In this document: positions 11,297 through 23,096 of the stretch, piece by piece
Position numbering within the stretch: the first letter of the stretch is position 1
Layout of the letters: each line of letters starts with the position of its first letter
NCBI RefSeq assembly: GCF_032444005.1
Contig: NC_091283.1
Coordinates: 297,352,001 to 297,416,000 of the forward strand
Direction: 5' to 3'
DNA: 64,000 nt
From: Ranitomeya imitator
Taxonomy: Eukaryota
Program-made: the position numbers and the translations under genes
Notes under the pieces: generated by a model
The model's database searches: none
The model's input: the letters and a program-made list of their open reading frames with translations, nothing else
What the model was told of the DNA's origin: nothing

Positions 11297-14200
11297 CTAA
11301 GACAAAAAACAATTATTTTTTTAATAAAATATCCTTGAGTTTCATATTTTTGAACATTTCTACTTTCCATAAAAATGGCAAGCTGTGTAATAGAATTTAA
11401 TTATTTACCAAGACAATGACAGTTCATTCTAAAAGAAAACCTTATTGGGTGAGCCAGTAGTGTGTGGTGGTAAACACTAGTCTCCACTCAGGTCCGTCAT
11501 CTGTCAATGGAAAAACAGAGGCTCCCACACTATTAGTGGCTCAAAGGCTGTTGAAAACCAATAAGGTTTCTCTAAACCAATCCAGCAAAATCCGCTCTCA
11601 CTTCTGAGTCTTGCAGTGTGCTCAAACAACATTTAGGATCCCTGTGTTTAGCAATATTATAGTGAGAAGAATCCACTTAATTTATGGTGTGTGTCTCCTG
11701 GAGCACAATCTGGGCACTATGTGTTGGGTAATAAAATGGCAAATGTGTAATTTTCACTCTCCAACATCCACTGCTTGTTAATTTCCTGAAAGTGGCTGTG
11801 GAGTCAAAATATGCACTCCTCCTATAGATTATAACACTCAATGAATTAATTTATAAAATGGAATAACTTTATGGGGACTTTGACTATTCTGGTTTTCTGT
11901 CATTTCTGTGTCCATTCTCATCTGGGATCTGTTCCCGCTGTCCAGCTGGAGTACCACATCCCACTAAAGCTCAAAGCATATTGCCGCAATCTTCCAGATA
12001 CAGCATTGTTCTCCTCTGGTCCCGTCATCTGTGCTCAGCTTGCGGCTTGTGTTTTTGTTTTCTGATGTGACCATGGACTGTTTACTGACTACTCTTGTGT
12101 CTTCTGATTCTGTATTCTGTCCTTCTGGTTCTGACCCAACTACCTGACTATTCTTCTTGACATCTAACACCACAGAACAGCAGGTAATACCATGGTCCAA
12201 GTCTTGGGGTCTCTGTGTAAGTCCAGATCCATGTAAGTGTGTTAAAGGGCAATGAGCAAGGCAATACTTGGGATATGGAAAGCAGAGAACATTGTGCCAA
12301 GCATGTTCATAGTGGACATCTTTTGAGATGCCAGGTGACCACGAACAGTGCTCTCAATACACTCTGTCTGCAAACTATTCCAGTTAGATCTGCATTCAAA
12401 TAGCTAAATGGCGCTCCTTCCCTTCTGAACATTGCCATGCTCTCAGACAGTAGTGTACAACCGTATATAGGGTATTGTGCGAATTTGGAATATAATTTGT
12501 GAGATCCATTTGTTTTCCATTATCCTTTGTGAACAATTCCAAAGTTATCACCACATAAAGTGACACACGTCAGATTTGAAAAATGGAGCCTTTTTAGGAA
12601 CACAAAACTGGCTACGGGAAGAGGTTAAATCAGAGTATTTTGGACACTAACTACTGTAGTTGAAAACTGTGACTAAAGACAATAACACATCTACTGAAAT
12701 GATCAAATTCAACAGTCATCATCAGTAATAAATGAGTAACTAGTGGTGAAACCTCTCTAGGGTAATTCGAGTATGGGGCTCGGTGACTTCACAATTAGTG
12801 ATGAGCGAGTATGCTCGTTACTTGAGTTCCTCCGAGCATGCTCTGGTGGTCTCAGAGTATTTGGGATTCAAGCTGTCTAGCAGCCGCAAATCATGCAGTT
12901 GCGTCGACATAAATTAAATCTCCGAGCACTCCCAAATACTTGGGAGACCACCCGAGCGTGCTCGGAGAAACTTGAGTAACGAGCATACTCGCGCATCACT
13001 ATTCACAATCTAAACTACTGTAAGGGTCAATATTTTCGGTCAGATGAGTTTCAAGAAGAAATATTACACATTTAAAACAGAACTGTGTATAATAGTGCAG
13101 AGCTGAGATGTCTAAAAGGGAACCTGTCAGTAGGATTGTGTACAGTAACCTAGACACTGTCAGGTCAGCGCCATTATACTGATTACAATGATACCTTGGT
13201 AGATTAAATTTGTCTTGTGGTTGTTGCTTAATCTGTATTTGTAGTTTTCAGTCAATTAGAATCTCGTGCTTTGCGGTGGGGCTGTGGGCGGCCTGTGGGC
13301 GGGGCTTTATATGGTGCCCTGATAACATATTCATCTGTATTGGTTTATGGCAGGTCATTGATCCTTCAATGACCTGCCCCCCATTTTTACATAATGCATA
13401 TAATAGTGTTGATATTATTGTTGATAATGCCTATAATATTGTGGCTATTCTGAGGCTTAGAAAAAAATTACAGCCAGCAAAATGTCACCGGCGCAGTAGC
13501 ACCTATAAGTAAGAGATAGATGCAACTGGACAGGCGCCACCGGTGTCATTTTGCTGGATGTTAATTTTTTTTTCTGAGCCTCACAATAGCCAAATATTAT
13601 AGGCATTATCAACAATGAGTATGCAAAAAATAGTAAGAATGGATAGCACTCACCGATCCTTAAAAATCGTGCTTTATTTCAACGTTTAAAGCATCATGGC
13701 CAGAAGAACAGATGAATGAGTGTGTGAGCCAGTACTGACGATGGCCGTTTCGCGCTCAACAGCGCTTCTACGGGTCCCGGCCTCACTGCACATTTAATGT
13801 TGTCGATCATAAAAGTGAAATTTGATCAGAAAGATTGGACCTGGTCTTGTAGGGACCATATGAGCATCTTCAGCAGCACAGAAGGGAGAGAAGGTAGATT
13901 CATCCAATAAGATCTCAGGGTTCTAGGATGCCAACAGCATCATTACCCTCCGCTTTCTGTTCTTATCAGCACATTCTACGTACGCTGTTGTTTGACTTTG
14001 TAATTTACAGATCTTGGCAAGAACCAGTTAGCGTCTTCTAATCCTGGGGGTTGGTGGATCCTCCAGGTTAGGTTGTAAGATACATTGAAAAGGGCTGTGG
14101 TCTAAAGGCAAAATCTTGATCATGGTAATACGGACGGACTACACCACCGATAAAGCAGCCACAGCTGAAGTCTCAGAAGAATCTGTGACTTCTCTGTATT

Positions 14201-15277
14201 TAGTGGTTTCTACTCACCTGGGTAGTCATATGTGGGAATCTCCTCTTTACACGACACATCACCCCTCACATATGTCTCTGTAGTATTAATATGGGTCAGA
14301 TCTTTGTCCTGAAACAAATATTATAAAAGTCACAGACAGAAGAAGTGACATCTATGATCAGCTCTAATCCTGTCATCTCCACCGTTCTCATTACACAAGT
14401 ATAAAACATATAATACTGGAGGATAAAACAAGACTGAGCACAAGACCTTCACAGCATCTACACATCATAGGGGAGATCTCATGACACCTTCTCTCCATCT
14501 ACCTGATGATCCTGAGGAACATTGGGATGTTCTTGTTTACAGTCCTGTGGAAGAAGAGGATGAGGACATCTCTCTGGTGTTGTCATCTTACTGGATAGAT
14601 CTGGAGGAAACACATACAGGGACTGAATTCATTCTTTACATACAAATAATTATAGGCTGTGTGTATTTAGTCCTGTCTATTACCTGGTGATGTGAAGGGC
14701 TGGGGAACCTCCATCATGACGTCCTTGTACAGATCTTTGTGTCCTTCTAAATACTCCCACTCCTCCATGGAGAAATAGACGGCGACATCCTGACACCTTA
14801 AAAGAACCTGACACATACAATGATACCATCATCCCGTCAATCCCTTCATAGTGTTACTGTATAATGTCCCAGCATTCCCAGCAGTGTCACCTGTCCAGTC
14901 AGCAGCTCAATCATCTTGTAGGTGAGGTCTAGGATCTTCTCATCATTGATGTCCTCATGTATCAGCGGGTGAGGTGGAGGTCCTAGGATTGGGTTCAGGG
15001 GTTTTCCGCATCCCTCAAACACAGGATCCTGACAGCGTTCACTAGAGGTCTTCTTCACTACTGTGTAATCCTGGTTATGGAGAGACACATTCATAAATCT
15101 CACTACAGACATTTCCAGAGTCCTCACCTCTCCAGTTCTGTCCATCTGTTATTCCCATAGAAACGAATGATGAAATGTGAAGTCATCAGAATCTCTCACC
15201 TCTCCAGTAAGCCGGAAGAGGATCTTTAGGGTGAGGTGTAATATCCTCTCCGCCATCTTGTCTCTGTCCATATCCAT
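9936..15277 (-). CDS. FAX/KRAB-A-like C2H2 zinc-finger protein (XlCOF/XlCGF-type), 6 coding exons, ~643 aa, 13 fingers
   Basis: Exons 15277-15200, 15070-14891, 14807-14684, 14600-14503, 14308-14218 and 11296-9936. All introns are GT-AG, phases are consistent, and there is no internal stop. Confidence 0.9.
12796..13001. mobile_element. hAT-superfamily MITE
   Basis: TIRs TAGTGATGAGCGAGTATGCTCGTTAC / GTAACGAGCATACTCGCGCATCACTA; 8-bp TSD TTCACAAT on both sides. Confidence 0.92.
13117..13615 (+). mobile_element. T2/Kolobok-type MITE, right end missing
   Basis: AGGGAACCTGTCAG terminus; internal inverted repeat (GTTGATAATGCCTATAAT / ATTATAGGCATTATCAAC). Confidence 0.55.
13620..13780 (-). mobile_element. 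Penelope-like pLTR fragment with variant hammerhead motif
   Basis: Same layout as the arms of the 8902-9239 palindrome (GCACTCACC ... GCTTTATT ... CATGGCCAG ... GGCCGTTTCG). Confidence 0.65.
14218..14308 (-). CDS. Coding exon 5 (91 bp): [30 protein letters not shown]
   Basis: tttgtttcag|GAC...CCAG|gtgagt. Confidence 0.85.
14503..14600 (-). CDS. Coding exon 4 (98 bp): [33 protein letters not shown]
   Basis: ttcctccag|ATCT...CAG|gtagat. Confidence 0.88.
14684..14807 (-). CDS. Coding exon 3 (124 bp), KRAB-A-like box: [41 protein letters not shown]
   Basis: gtgtcag|GTT...CCAG|gtaata. [11 protein letters not shown]...LYKDVM matches the KRAB-A pattern DVAVxFSxEEW...LYxDVM. Confidence 0.92.
14891..15070 (-). 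CDS. Coding exon 2 (180 bp): [14 protein letters not shown]...[16 protein letters not shown]
   Basis: aaccag|GAT...CAG|gtgaca; 60 codons; typical anuran FAX-type module. Confidence 0.9.
15200..15277 (-). CDS. Coding exon 1: [26 protein letters not shown] (exon acceptor at 15347)
   Basis: ctcattcag|GTCTCT at 15347, ATG at 15277, GAG|gtgaga donor at 15200. Confidence 0.88.
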
Positions 15278-16117
15278 CCTTGATGGGTAAATCAGGAATT
15301 CTCTTTTATAGAAGATCTTCACTGAGAGGATCCGATATTGTAGAGACCTGAATGAGAAGAAGATGAGCCGATGTAACATCATAAAAATCCTGTGCAATAA
15401 TACAATTACTGGAGATAATAAAGGAAACACATGAGGAGATTTGTTATTTTACAGTATTTAGTTTCCTTCTTTACATCTACTAATAAAACCTATATATTTA
15501 GGCCACAGACAACAAGCAGTTTCTCCCTTGGAGTCGGCAGCTGAATACGTTCCTCATAGACTCATCTTCCATAACGCTAATTCTCGTCTCATTTACCGAC
15601 ACTGGAATCGGCATTAGCAATACTGCAGGAGATATTCATTACACGGGACAGGAGAAATAACTACTTCATGATGAGGACGACATCTTCATCTTCTACTACG
15701 GCTCTTGAAACATATTTGTCCAGAGTCCATCACTGACTCCATCACCACCGGCCGTCTATATGAAGGTTTCCCCGTCTTCCCCGCACTGTAATCTTCTATC
15801 ACGTTAGATCTCATGTCTGATTCACACACAGAAGTTTGAGGCTTTTATAAAAGCTTTTTTATAAAAACACCAAGACAGGAGTTATTTGATGCCAACATCT
15901 CCATGTAAGCTTCCATATATTACATGAAAAACGCCAAAAAAAAGGTGTGAAAATATTCCAAAAATAACTATAGTGAAGTGTTGAGGCACCAAATAGAAAG
16001 TTTTTACCCAGTATGTGGACACATTGAAACAATGTCACAACCTCCAGTATAATAAATCTTCAGGGTGGTGCATATACGTGAGACTATTTATAATCAAGAC
16101 AACGGAATGATAAAAAA

Positions 16118-16359
16118 CAGCACTCACCCATTTTAGAAGATACTTCAGTCCTTTTTAATTTTCATTTGATTCAGGGCAATGACAAAAAGTGCAACAGTGC
16201 TAGCAGCATGGCGGCAGGATCAGTGATTTCCAAAAAAAAGACCTGACGGACAATGAACGTTTCAGACTTAATTTACGCTTCTAGTGGTCCATGTTCCACT
16301 GGCCTATGAACATGGACCAGTAGAAGAACTGAAGCATCTTCTAAAAGGTGTGAGTGCTG
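16118..16359. mobile_element. Inverted Penelope-like pLTR remnant
   Basis: GCACTCACCCATTTTAGAAGATACTTCAGT is mirrored by ACTGAAGCATCTTCTAAAAGGTGTGAGTGC; 19-bp hairpin arms at 16278-16296 and 16308-16326. Confidence 0.6.
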
Positions 16360-17624
16360 ACTTTCTCAATTCTGTTATCTTGAATACAAAAATAATATTG
16401 AGGATGGTGGTACTGTGGGAACATTATACTGTGTGTGGGGGCCAAAAAAGGGGCACCATACAATGAGAGTAATACATGTTTCCTTGGTTCCCGTCTTTCA
16501 TAGTTGGGTCACTTGTACTGTATCCATCAGTTGAAAAGAAACAAAACCATTGTGATTCTTATAAGGAGACAACAGAAAAAGCCCTACATATAACATTTTT
16601 ATAACAACCCCACAATCTGTGACTCTTCAGGGTAAATCGCTCGCTCACCATTGGATTAGAGCTGATACTATGAAGCTAAAGTACCAGAAACATATGGGCT
16701 ACTTGCACATTGAACAAGTCTGTAGAAACCTGTTCACACCACCAAGAAACTTGAAGACACAAAAGAACACAGTGAGGTCAAAAATACTCTGTTGTAAAAA
16801 AAATCACAGTAATAAGCAAGTGATAGTCAAAAGATGGAAAAAACAGGGTATTTAGTTAATACGTTTTTTTGCAAAAAAATGTATACTAAGCTGCTCCACC
16901 AATCGTCAAGGTATACCCTTATAGAGCAGTCCTATCTAATGTATATAATCCCTATCTGATGTATTTAAAACCTGATCATCTGTATAGTACCTGTATAAGC
17001 AGGGTTCAGAGAAGGAATATCCATGTGGACATGCTGGATGGAACAGCTTTAATGCAAACGACCCACAAAGGAGTGATGGACAAGTGATGCTGAGAATAAT
17101 AGATTGAAGCTCAGCTATCTACATAATTAGTAACCAAAACATTGGAATACTAGAAGGACCCCTGCAATAATATGGGTAAACAGGGGTATGCCCAGAAAAA
17201 TACCTCAAAACTATTGACAGTACCTTTGATATAGAAGTAATAGTGAAAATATTCTTGGGTGGATATACACACAACCGACGTGCAGAAAAGAGTGACCTAG
17301 CCCTAGGTGTAATTACTGTCAAGACACCTACCTAGGTGCGGAGGTTGGCACCCTAAGAAAATACGAATATGGCGCCCCCACTCGTGCGATGGCTGATCCT
17401 ATCTCCTGTTATAACCCTATGAAGCAGATAGTCAGAAACAGAGGACCAGATGGCCTGTAATTCTGTATAGTATAAAATGCTGTGAATATAGGGTATATAC
17501 AAGATCAAAAATGGTAAATATATATAAGCAGGAGAGGGTACAATTAATCTAAGTCACTCACACCACATGAGTTTGGGGTTTAGCAGATAGAGTAATCCCC
17601 AAATATACAGTAACATAAACCTAT

Positions 17625-18067
17625 TGTAACGGGGTCTACCAAGCTCGAGTACCTTTTTCAGTACCACCCCGCATTACAGGAGGTCCACTCTTCTTTGGCT
17701 GGAGTCTGAATTTAGGACGCTGGCTGGAATTCCTTGATTACATGGGCGCATATAAAAGATCACTGCTTCTCCACGTATTTCCAGTCTGACAACACTTTAT
17801 TCACAGGACACAAAATATATCACACAGTTACAGAGGGGGGGCCAAATGAAAAGCGGCAGGCCAGACATACATTACAATAGCCGCAGGGGGCCGGAGCCTG
17901 CCGATATTTACTGTGGGAATTACAAAGGTGGGGGGGAGGACAAAAGGGGAATATCTTGTCCCCTCTGCCCAGGGGCGCAGCCTGTGGGCTGATGCATCTC
18001 ACATGGAACCTATTATACATGCATATAACTGCACAACATATTATGGGTGCTGAGTGGTTCCGTAACA
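17625..18067 (-). mobile_element. Solo LTR nested in the Penelope-like insertion
   Basis: TGTAACGG...CCGTAACA termini, 5-bp TSD CCTAT, AATAAA on the minus strand. Confidence 0.85.
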
Positions 18068-18347
18068 CCTATATCAAACAAAATGTAAATTGGTACTGTC
18101 ACACAGTGACCCTCATAAATATTCCAATGAATGCACAGTCATAGCCTGCATAATGAGGATACATAGATACTACCACACATGTAAAGGTATATGTATACGA
18201 TGGTTTACCCCATTAAACATCAAAGTACTAGTAAATAAAGTTCCAAGATAAATCATACTCATCTGCTATTGTGTGCAACAAACATGCAGACAACTGGGCA
18301 TCACGGTGACAGCAATCCTTAGATGAGGAAGGAAAGCTCTAAACAGG

Positions 18348-18386
18348 CTCTCGACGCGTTTCACCTCAGAAGGTTCATCAGGAGAG
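18348..18386 (-). ncRNA. Minimal type I hammerhead ribozyme
   Basis: Minus strand CUCUC-CUGAUGA-ACCU(UCUG)AGGU-GAAA-CGCG-UC-GAGAG. Perfect 5-bp stem I, canonical core, 4-bp stem II, palindromic ACGCGU stem III, GUC cleavage triplet. Confidence 0.85.
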
Positions 18387-19185
18387 ATTGGTACTGGCTT
18401 TATGATCAGAAGTCATGGCAAAAAAAACTGTGATTTTTTTTTACAACAGAGTATTTTTTACCTCACTCTGCTCTTTTGTGTCTTTAAGTTTCTTGATGGT
18501 GTGAACAGGTTTCTACAGACTTGTTCAATGTGCAAGTAGCCCATGTGTTTCTGGTTCTATAATTGTTCTCTTGTTTCTACAAGACTGGGGAGTCCATCAC
18601 TCCTTTGTGGGTCATTTGCATTAAAGCTGCTCCATCCAGCATGTCCACATGGATATTACCTCTCTGAACCCTGCTTATACATGTACTATACAGATGATCA
18701 GGTTTTAAATACATCAGATAGGGATTATATACATTAGATAGGACTGCTCTATAAGGGTATACCTTGACGATTGGTGGAGCAGCTTAGTATACATTTTTTT
18801 GCAAAAAAACGTATCAACTAAATACCCTGTTTTTTCCATCTTTTGACTAGCACTTGCTTATTACTGTGATTTTTTTTTTTACAAGAGTATTTTTGACCTC
18901 ACTGTGCTCTTTTGTGTCTCTATGAAGCTAAAGTGACTAAACAGACTTTCTGTCACCTCCATTAAGCGGCACTTTTCCGTGTTTGTCAGAGCTGTCCGAG
19001 GATTATTAGAGGTGATAGTTTCCCCCAATTAGAAGGGACACCTGTGGATATTGGGGTCTTAACCTGCTGTTTTTTAATAAATAGTATCCTATACACAAGC
19101 TCCACACATTACACGTGTAAAGCAGCACTTGCACAGACATCCCCAGGGCTTTGAAAGGTAAAATAAAAATGACCCATTCGTCAAG

Positions 19186-20423
19186 ATGGCATTCACCAGA
19201 GGAGGCATATCTTTTCCTTGCCTCCAAGACGGATTTAGCCAGTGAGGAAGATCCCACATTCCTTTAGTCCTCCTCATCTAGTTAGGAAAGAACCCCAACA
19301 AGGCACACTATGACCCAGGCAACCCCTCCAACAATCGATCCTATAAAGATTGCATCTCCCGAAAATTATCAGCCCGTCATCACGATTTGATCAGCAGTTA
19401 AGGAATCCAGTTTGACACCACTGTCCTCACTGAAATTGAATTATTTAAATTCTTTTTCAGTGAGGAAATAATAAATCTTATGTTGGCCCAGACAAACTTG
19501 TATGCCAATCTATTTTTCACCCAAAATCCCACGTCATCATATGCCAGATGGACCCAAGTAAATGCAGCAGAGATGATGACATTTTGAGGAATTGTGCTGC
19601 AAATGGGAATAATCCAAAAACCAGAGCTTCGGCGATACTGGATTACTGATATACTCTACAGTACCAATATTCTGTATGGCCATAACAAGTACACGAGATG
19701 ATCCAAACTTTAATCGTCTATATAAAATTTGGCCAGTGGTTGAACACTTCAGCAGAAAATTTGCTGAGGCGTACAACCTCCAAAGGGACATCTCTATAGA
19801 TGAATCTCTGGTTCATTTCAAAGGGAGGCTAAAATTTCAACAATACCTGCCCAGTAAGAGGGCCAGGTATGGAATTAAACTGTATGAGCGTACCATATGA
19901 TAAACACAGATTTAGGGTCTACAAGGGAAAAGACACCCAGATTACCCCCCTGAATGCCACCCTGTCCTGGGGGTGAGTAGGAAAATTGATGCACCCACTG
20001 CTGGATAAGTGTTATCAGCTCTACATTGATAACTTTCACACCAGCATCCCCCTCTTCAAGACCCTCTCTGCGAGAGGTAAAGTTGCCTGCAGCGCCATGC
20101 GAAAAAATCAGAGAGGCCTGCCTAAGCCGCTAATTGGGAAAGCGCAGAGAGAATGCAAAAGCCGAGCCCAGTGCATCGACAACATGCTGGTGGTCAATTA
20201 TAAGGACAAAAGGGATGTCCTTATCTTCACCACCATACACCGTGACAACAGGTCCCTTGTCACTGTTCGTGGTACCACAATCCAAGTCCCAAAGCCAGAC
20301 TGTAACTTGGATTACAATCGGTACATGGGTGGTTCAAAACTCTCAGATCAGGTCCCCAAACCCTACAGTGCCATGAGAACAGCCAAAGTATGGTACAAAA
20401 AATTGGCTGTGCACATTGCATAG
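19186..20423 (+). pseudogene. Decayed piggyBac (PGBD4-like) transposase
   Basis: Fragments RLYKIWPVVEHF...DISIDESLVHFKGRLKFQQYLPSKRARYGIKLY, LYIDNFHTS, KDKRDV and DYNRYMGG. Stops, frameshifts and deletions; the third catalytic D (MGGVD) reads MGGSK. Confidence 0.9.
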
Positions 20424-21367
20424 ATGTCGTGATGCAGCCGGACAGTCACAGTAACGCCAGTAGCCAACATGGCTACGGCATTACCGTGTATGGCAGGCAA
20501 TCCCAGTGCATTTATTGGCTGGGAACTCGAGTATGGCGCTCCATCACCTGCGATACTCCAGTAACAAGCTTGTCCGAGCTCCCCAATGCCTGATTGAGCC
20601 GCTCTCCACTACTCTCTCATCACTAGTATCTACATTTTTGTGCTGGAATTAGGAGAGAAATAATCACATTTTGTGAGAACTTCTTTGGGCTTCTGTCCTC
20701 TCATCCTGCAGTTGCCTGAATGGATCTAATGTGGGCTTGGGAACCAGCTAAGCCGCATCCTGTCCACAGCTGTTATGCAGTAGTGTAGCTACCGGGGGGC
20801 AGAGGGGGTGGTCGCCCCGGGCCCCGTGCTCTGAGGGGACCCACCCAAAGCTACGCTATTGTAACTGTATTGGCATGCACAGCATGCCCATACAGTTACA
20901 TTCTGTGGCAGTGCAGGGACAATCGATCTCCCAGGCCGCCCGGCCGCTATGGGGCCCTTAAGAAGGCGAAGGGCCTAGTGCCAGCAGTGTGCACCCCCCC
21001 CCCCCCCCCGCACGTCATCGCAAGTTCAACTGTATCGGCTAGATTCCGATAGAGCTAACCACATTGATGAGAGAAGGAGCGTTATGCTCCCTCTCCCATT
21101 ATCACCTTCTCAGCGTCTGATATCACTAACGCCAACACTGACAGGGGGTCACGATGACATCATTACCTAGAGCAGCTGCTCAGAGCAGCGGATGAACCAG
21201 GAAGAAAGGGGAGTATTGGTTTAATTTTTTTAATGGGGCTGAATTATGCTATAAAGGCTGCCTATGGGGGTGCATTATATTAAGGGCTGCATTATACTAT
21301 AGAGGCTGCCTATGAGGTTGCATTATATTTAGGGCTGCATTAAACTATAGAGGCTGCCTGTGGGGGT

Positions 21368-22006
21368 TGTGGTGTTGGGCCTACTGTTTGTGTTGGGGAA
21401 CACTCACTTGGCAGCGGATTAACGTAGTCAGGCACAGTTCTTTCACACAAAACAGTCCATACAGTTTATTGAAACGTGATAAACCGCTCCGTAAGCCAGG
21501 TTGCATATCACCGGCTTACACATAGTCCATTACTTCATCACGTATGGCTTTACAAAGCATTCACTAGTCAAGCCTGTCTCTCTCCAGTCACTGGGTGACC
21601 GCGCAGTTCAGTAACTGTCCTTTGTCAGTGCACATAGTTCTTTCCCCATACCTGGGGTTACCTCTCAGGAGCTCCGCTCCACAAGCTGACTCCTTGTCAG
21701 TCCTGGCTTCGCAAACATAGAAGCCATCCCAGGCTCTGCATGTACATGGTCTCACCAGGTGCTTCCAGGAAGTCTCCACTCACAGGAGCTTCCAACACCG
21801 ACCATCCAGGTCCACAGTCTCTCCACGTCCTCTTCAGGAAGTCTCCACTCGCCGATGCTTCCAACACAGACCTGACCTCTTTCAGGACCTACAACACCTT
21901 CAACAATAATGCCAGTCCCTAATTCACCATCATAATTGTGCCTCCAAACGCATCCTGAAGCGGACACACGGCGCCCATTAGCTGTAACAGGGGTCACTGT
22001 GTCACA
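21368..22006 (-). mobile_element. Solo LTR inserted into the 48-bp array
   Basis: TGTGGTG...GTGTCACA termini, 4-bp TSD GGGT, AATAAA on the minus strand (~21466). Confidence 0.85.
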
Positions 22007-23096
22007 GGGTGCATTATTTTAAAGGTTGCATTATACTATACAGGCTGCCTATGGGGGTGTATTATATTAAGGGCTGCATTATACTATAGAGGCTGCCTAT
22101 GGGGTGCATTATATTAGAGGCTGAATTATGCTATAAAGGCTGCGTATGGGGGTGCATTATATAAGGGGCTGAATTATGCTATAGAGTCTACCTATGGGGG
22201 CGCATTATATTAGGGTCTGAATTATGCTAGAGGCTGCCTATGGGGGAGTATTATATTAGGGGTTGCATTGTGCTATAAAGTCTACCTATGGGGGTGCATT
22301 ATATTAGGGGCTGAATTATGCTAGAGGCTGCCTATGGGGGTGCATTATATTAGGGGCTCAATTATACTATAGAGGCTGCCTATGGGGGTGCATTATATTA
22401 GGGGCTGCTTTATGCTATAGAGGCTGCCTATGGGGGTGCATTATATTAATGGCTGCATTATGCTAGAGGATGACTATAGGGGTGCATTATATTAAAGGTT
22501 GCATTATGTTATAGAGGCTGCCTATGGGAGTGCATTATATTAAGGGCTGCATTATACTATAGAGGCTGCCTATGGGGGTGCATTATATTGGGGGCTGAAT
22601 TATGCTATAGAGGCTGCCTATGGGGGTGCATTATATTAGGGGCTGAATTATGCTATAGAGGCTGCCTATGGGGGTGCATTATATTAGGGGCTGAATTATA
22701 CTATAGAGGCTGCCTATGGGGGCTGCATTATACTACAGAGGCTGCCTATGGGGGTGCTTTATATTAAAAGCTGCATTATGCTATAGAGGCTGCCTATGGG
22801 GTGAATTATATTAGGGGCTGAATTATGCTATAGAGGCTGCCTACGGGGGTGCTGCATATTAGGGGCTTAATTATGCTATAGAGGCTGCCTATGGGGGTGC
22901 ATTAGGGGCTGCATTATGCTATAGAGGCTGCCTATGGGGGTGCATTATATTAGGGAGTGCATTATGCTATAAAGGCTGCCTATTGGGGTGCATTATAATA
23001 GGGGCTGCAATATGCTATAGAGGCTGCCTATGGGGGTGCATTATATTTGGGGCTGCAATATACTATAGAGGCGGCCTATGGGGTGCATTATATTAA

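Larger units (their letters stand above)
16683..18919 (-). mobile_element. ORF-less Penelope-like insertion with 15-bp TSD, inverted terminal duplication and hammerhead ribozyme
   Basis: Direct repeat CTATGAAGCTAAAGT at 16668-16682 and 18920-18934. 18428-18555 is the reverse complement of ~16683-16810, and 18588-18919 is the reverse complement of ~16752-17082. Confidence 0.75.
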
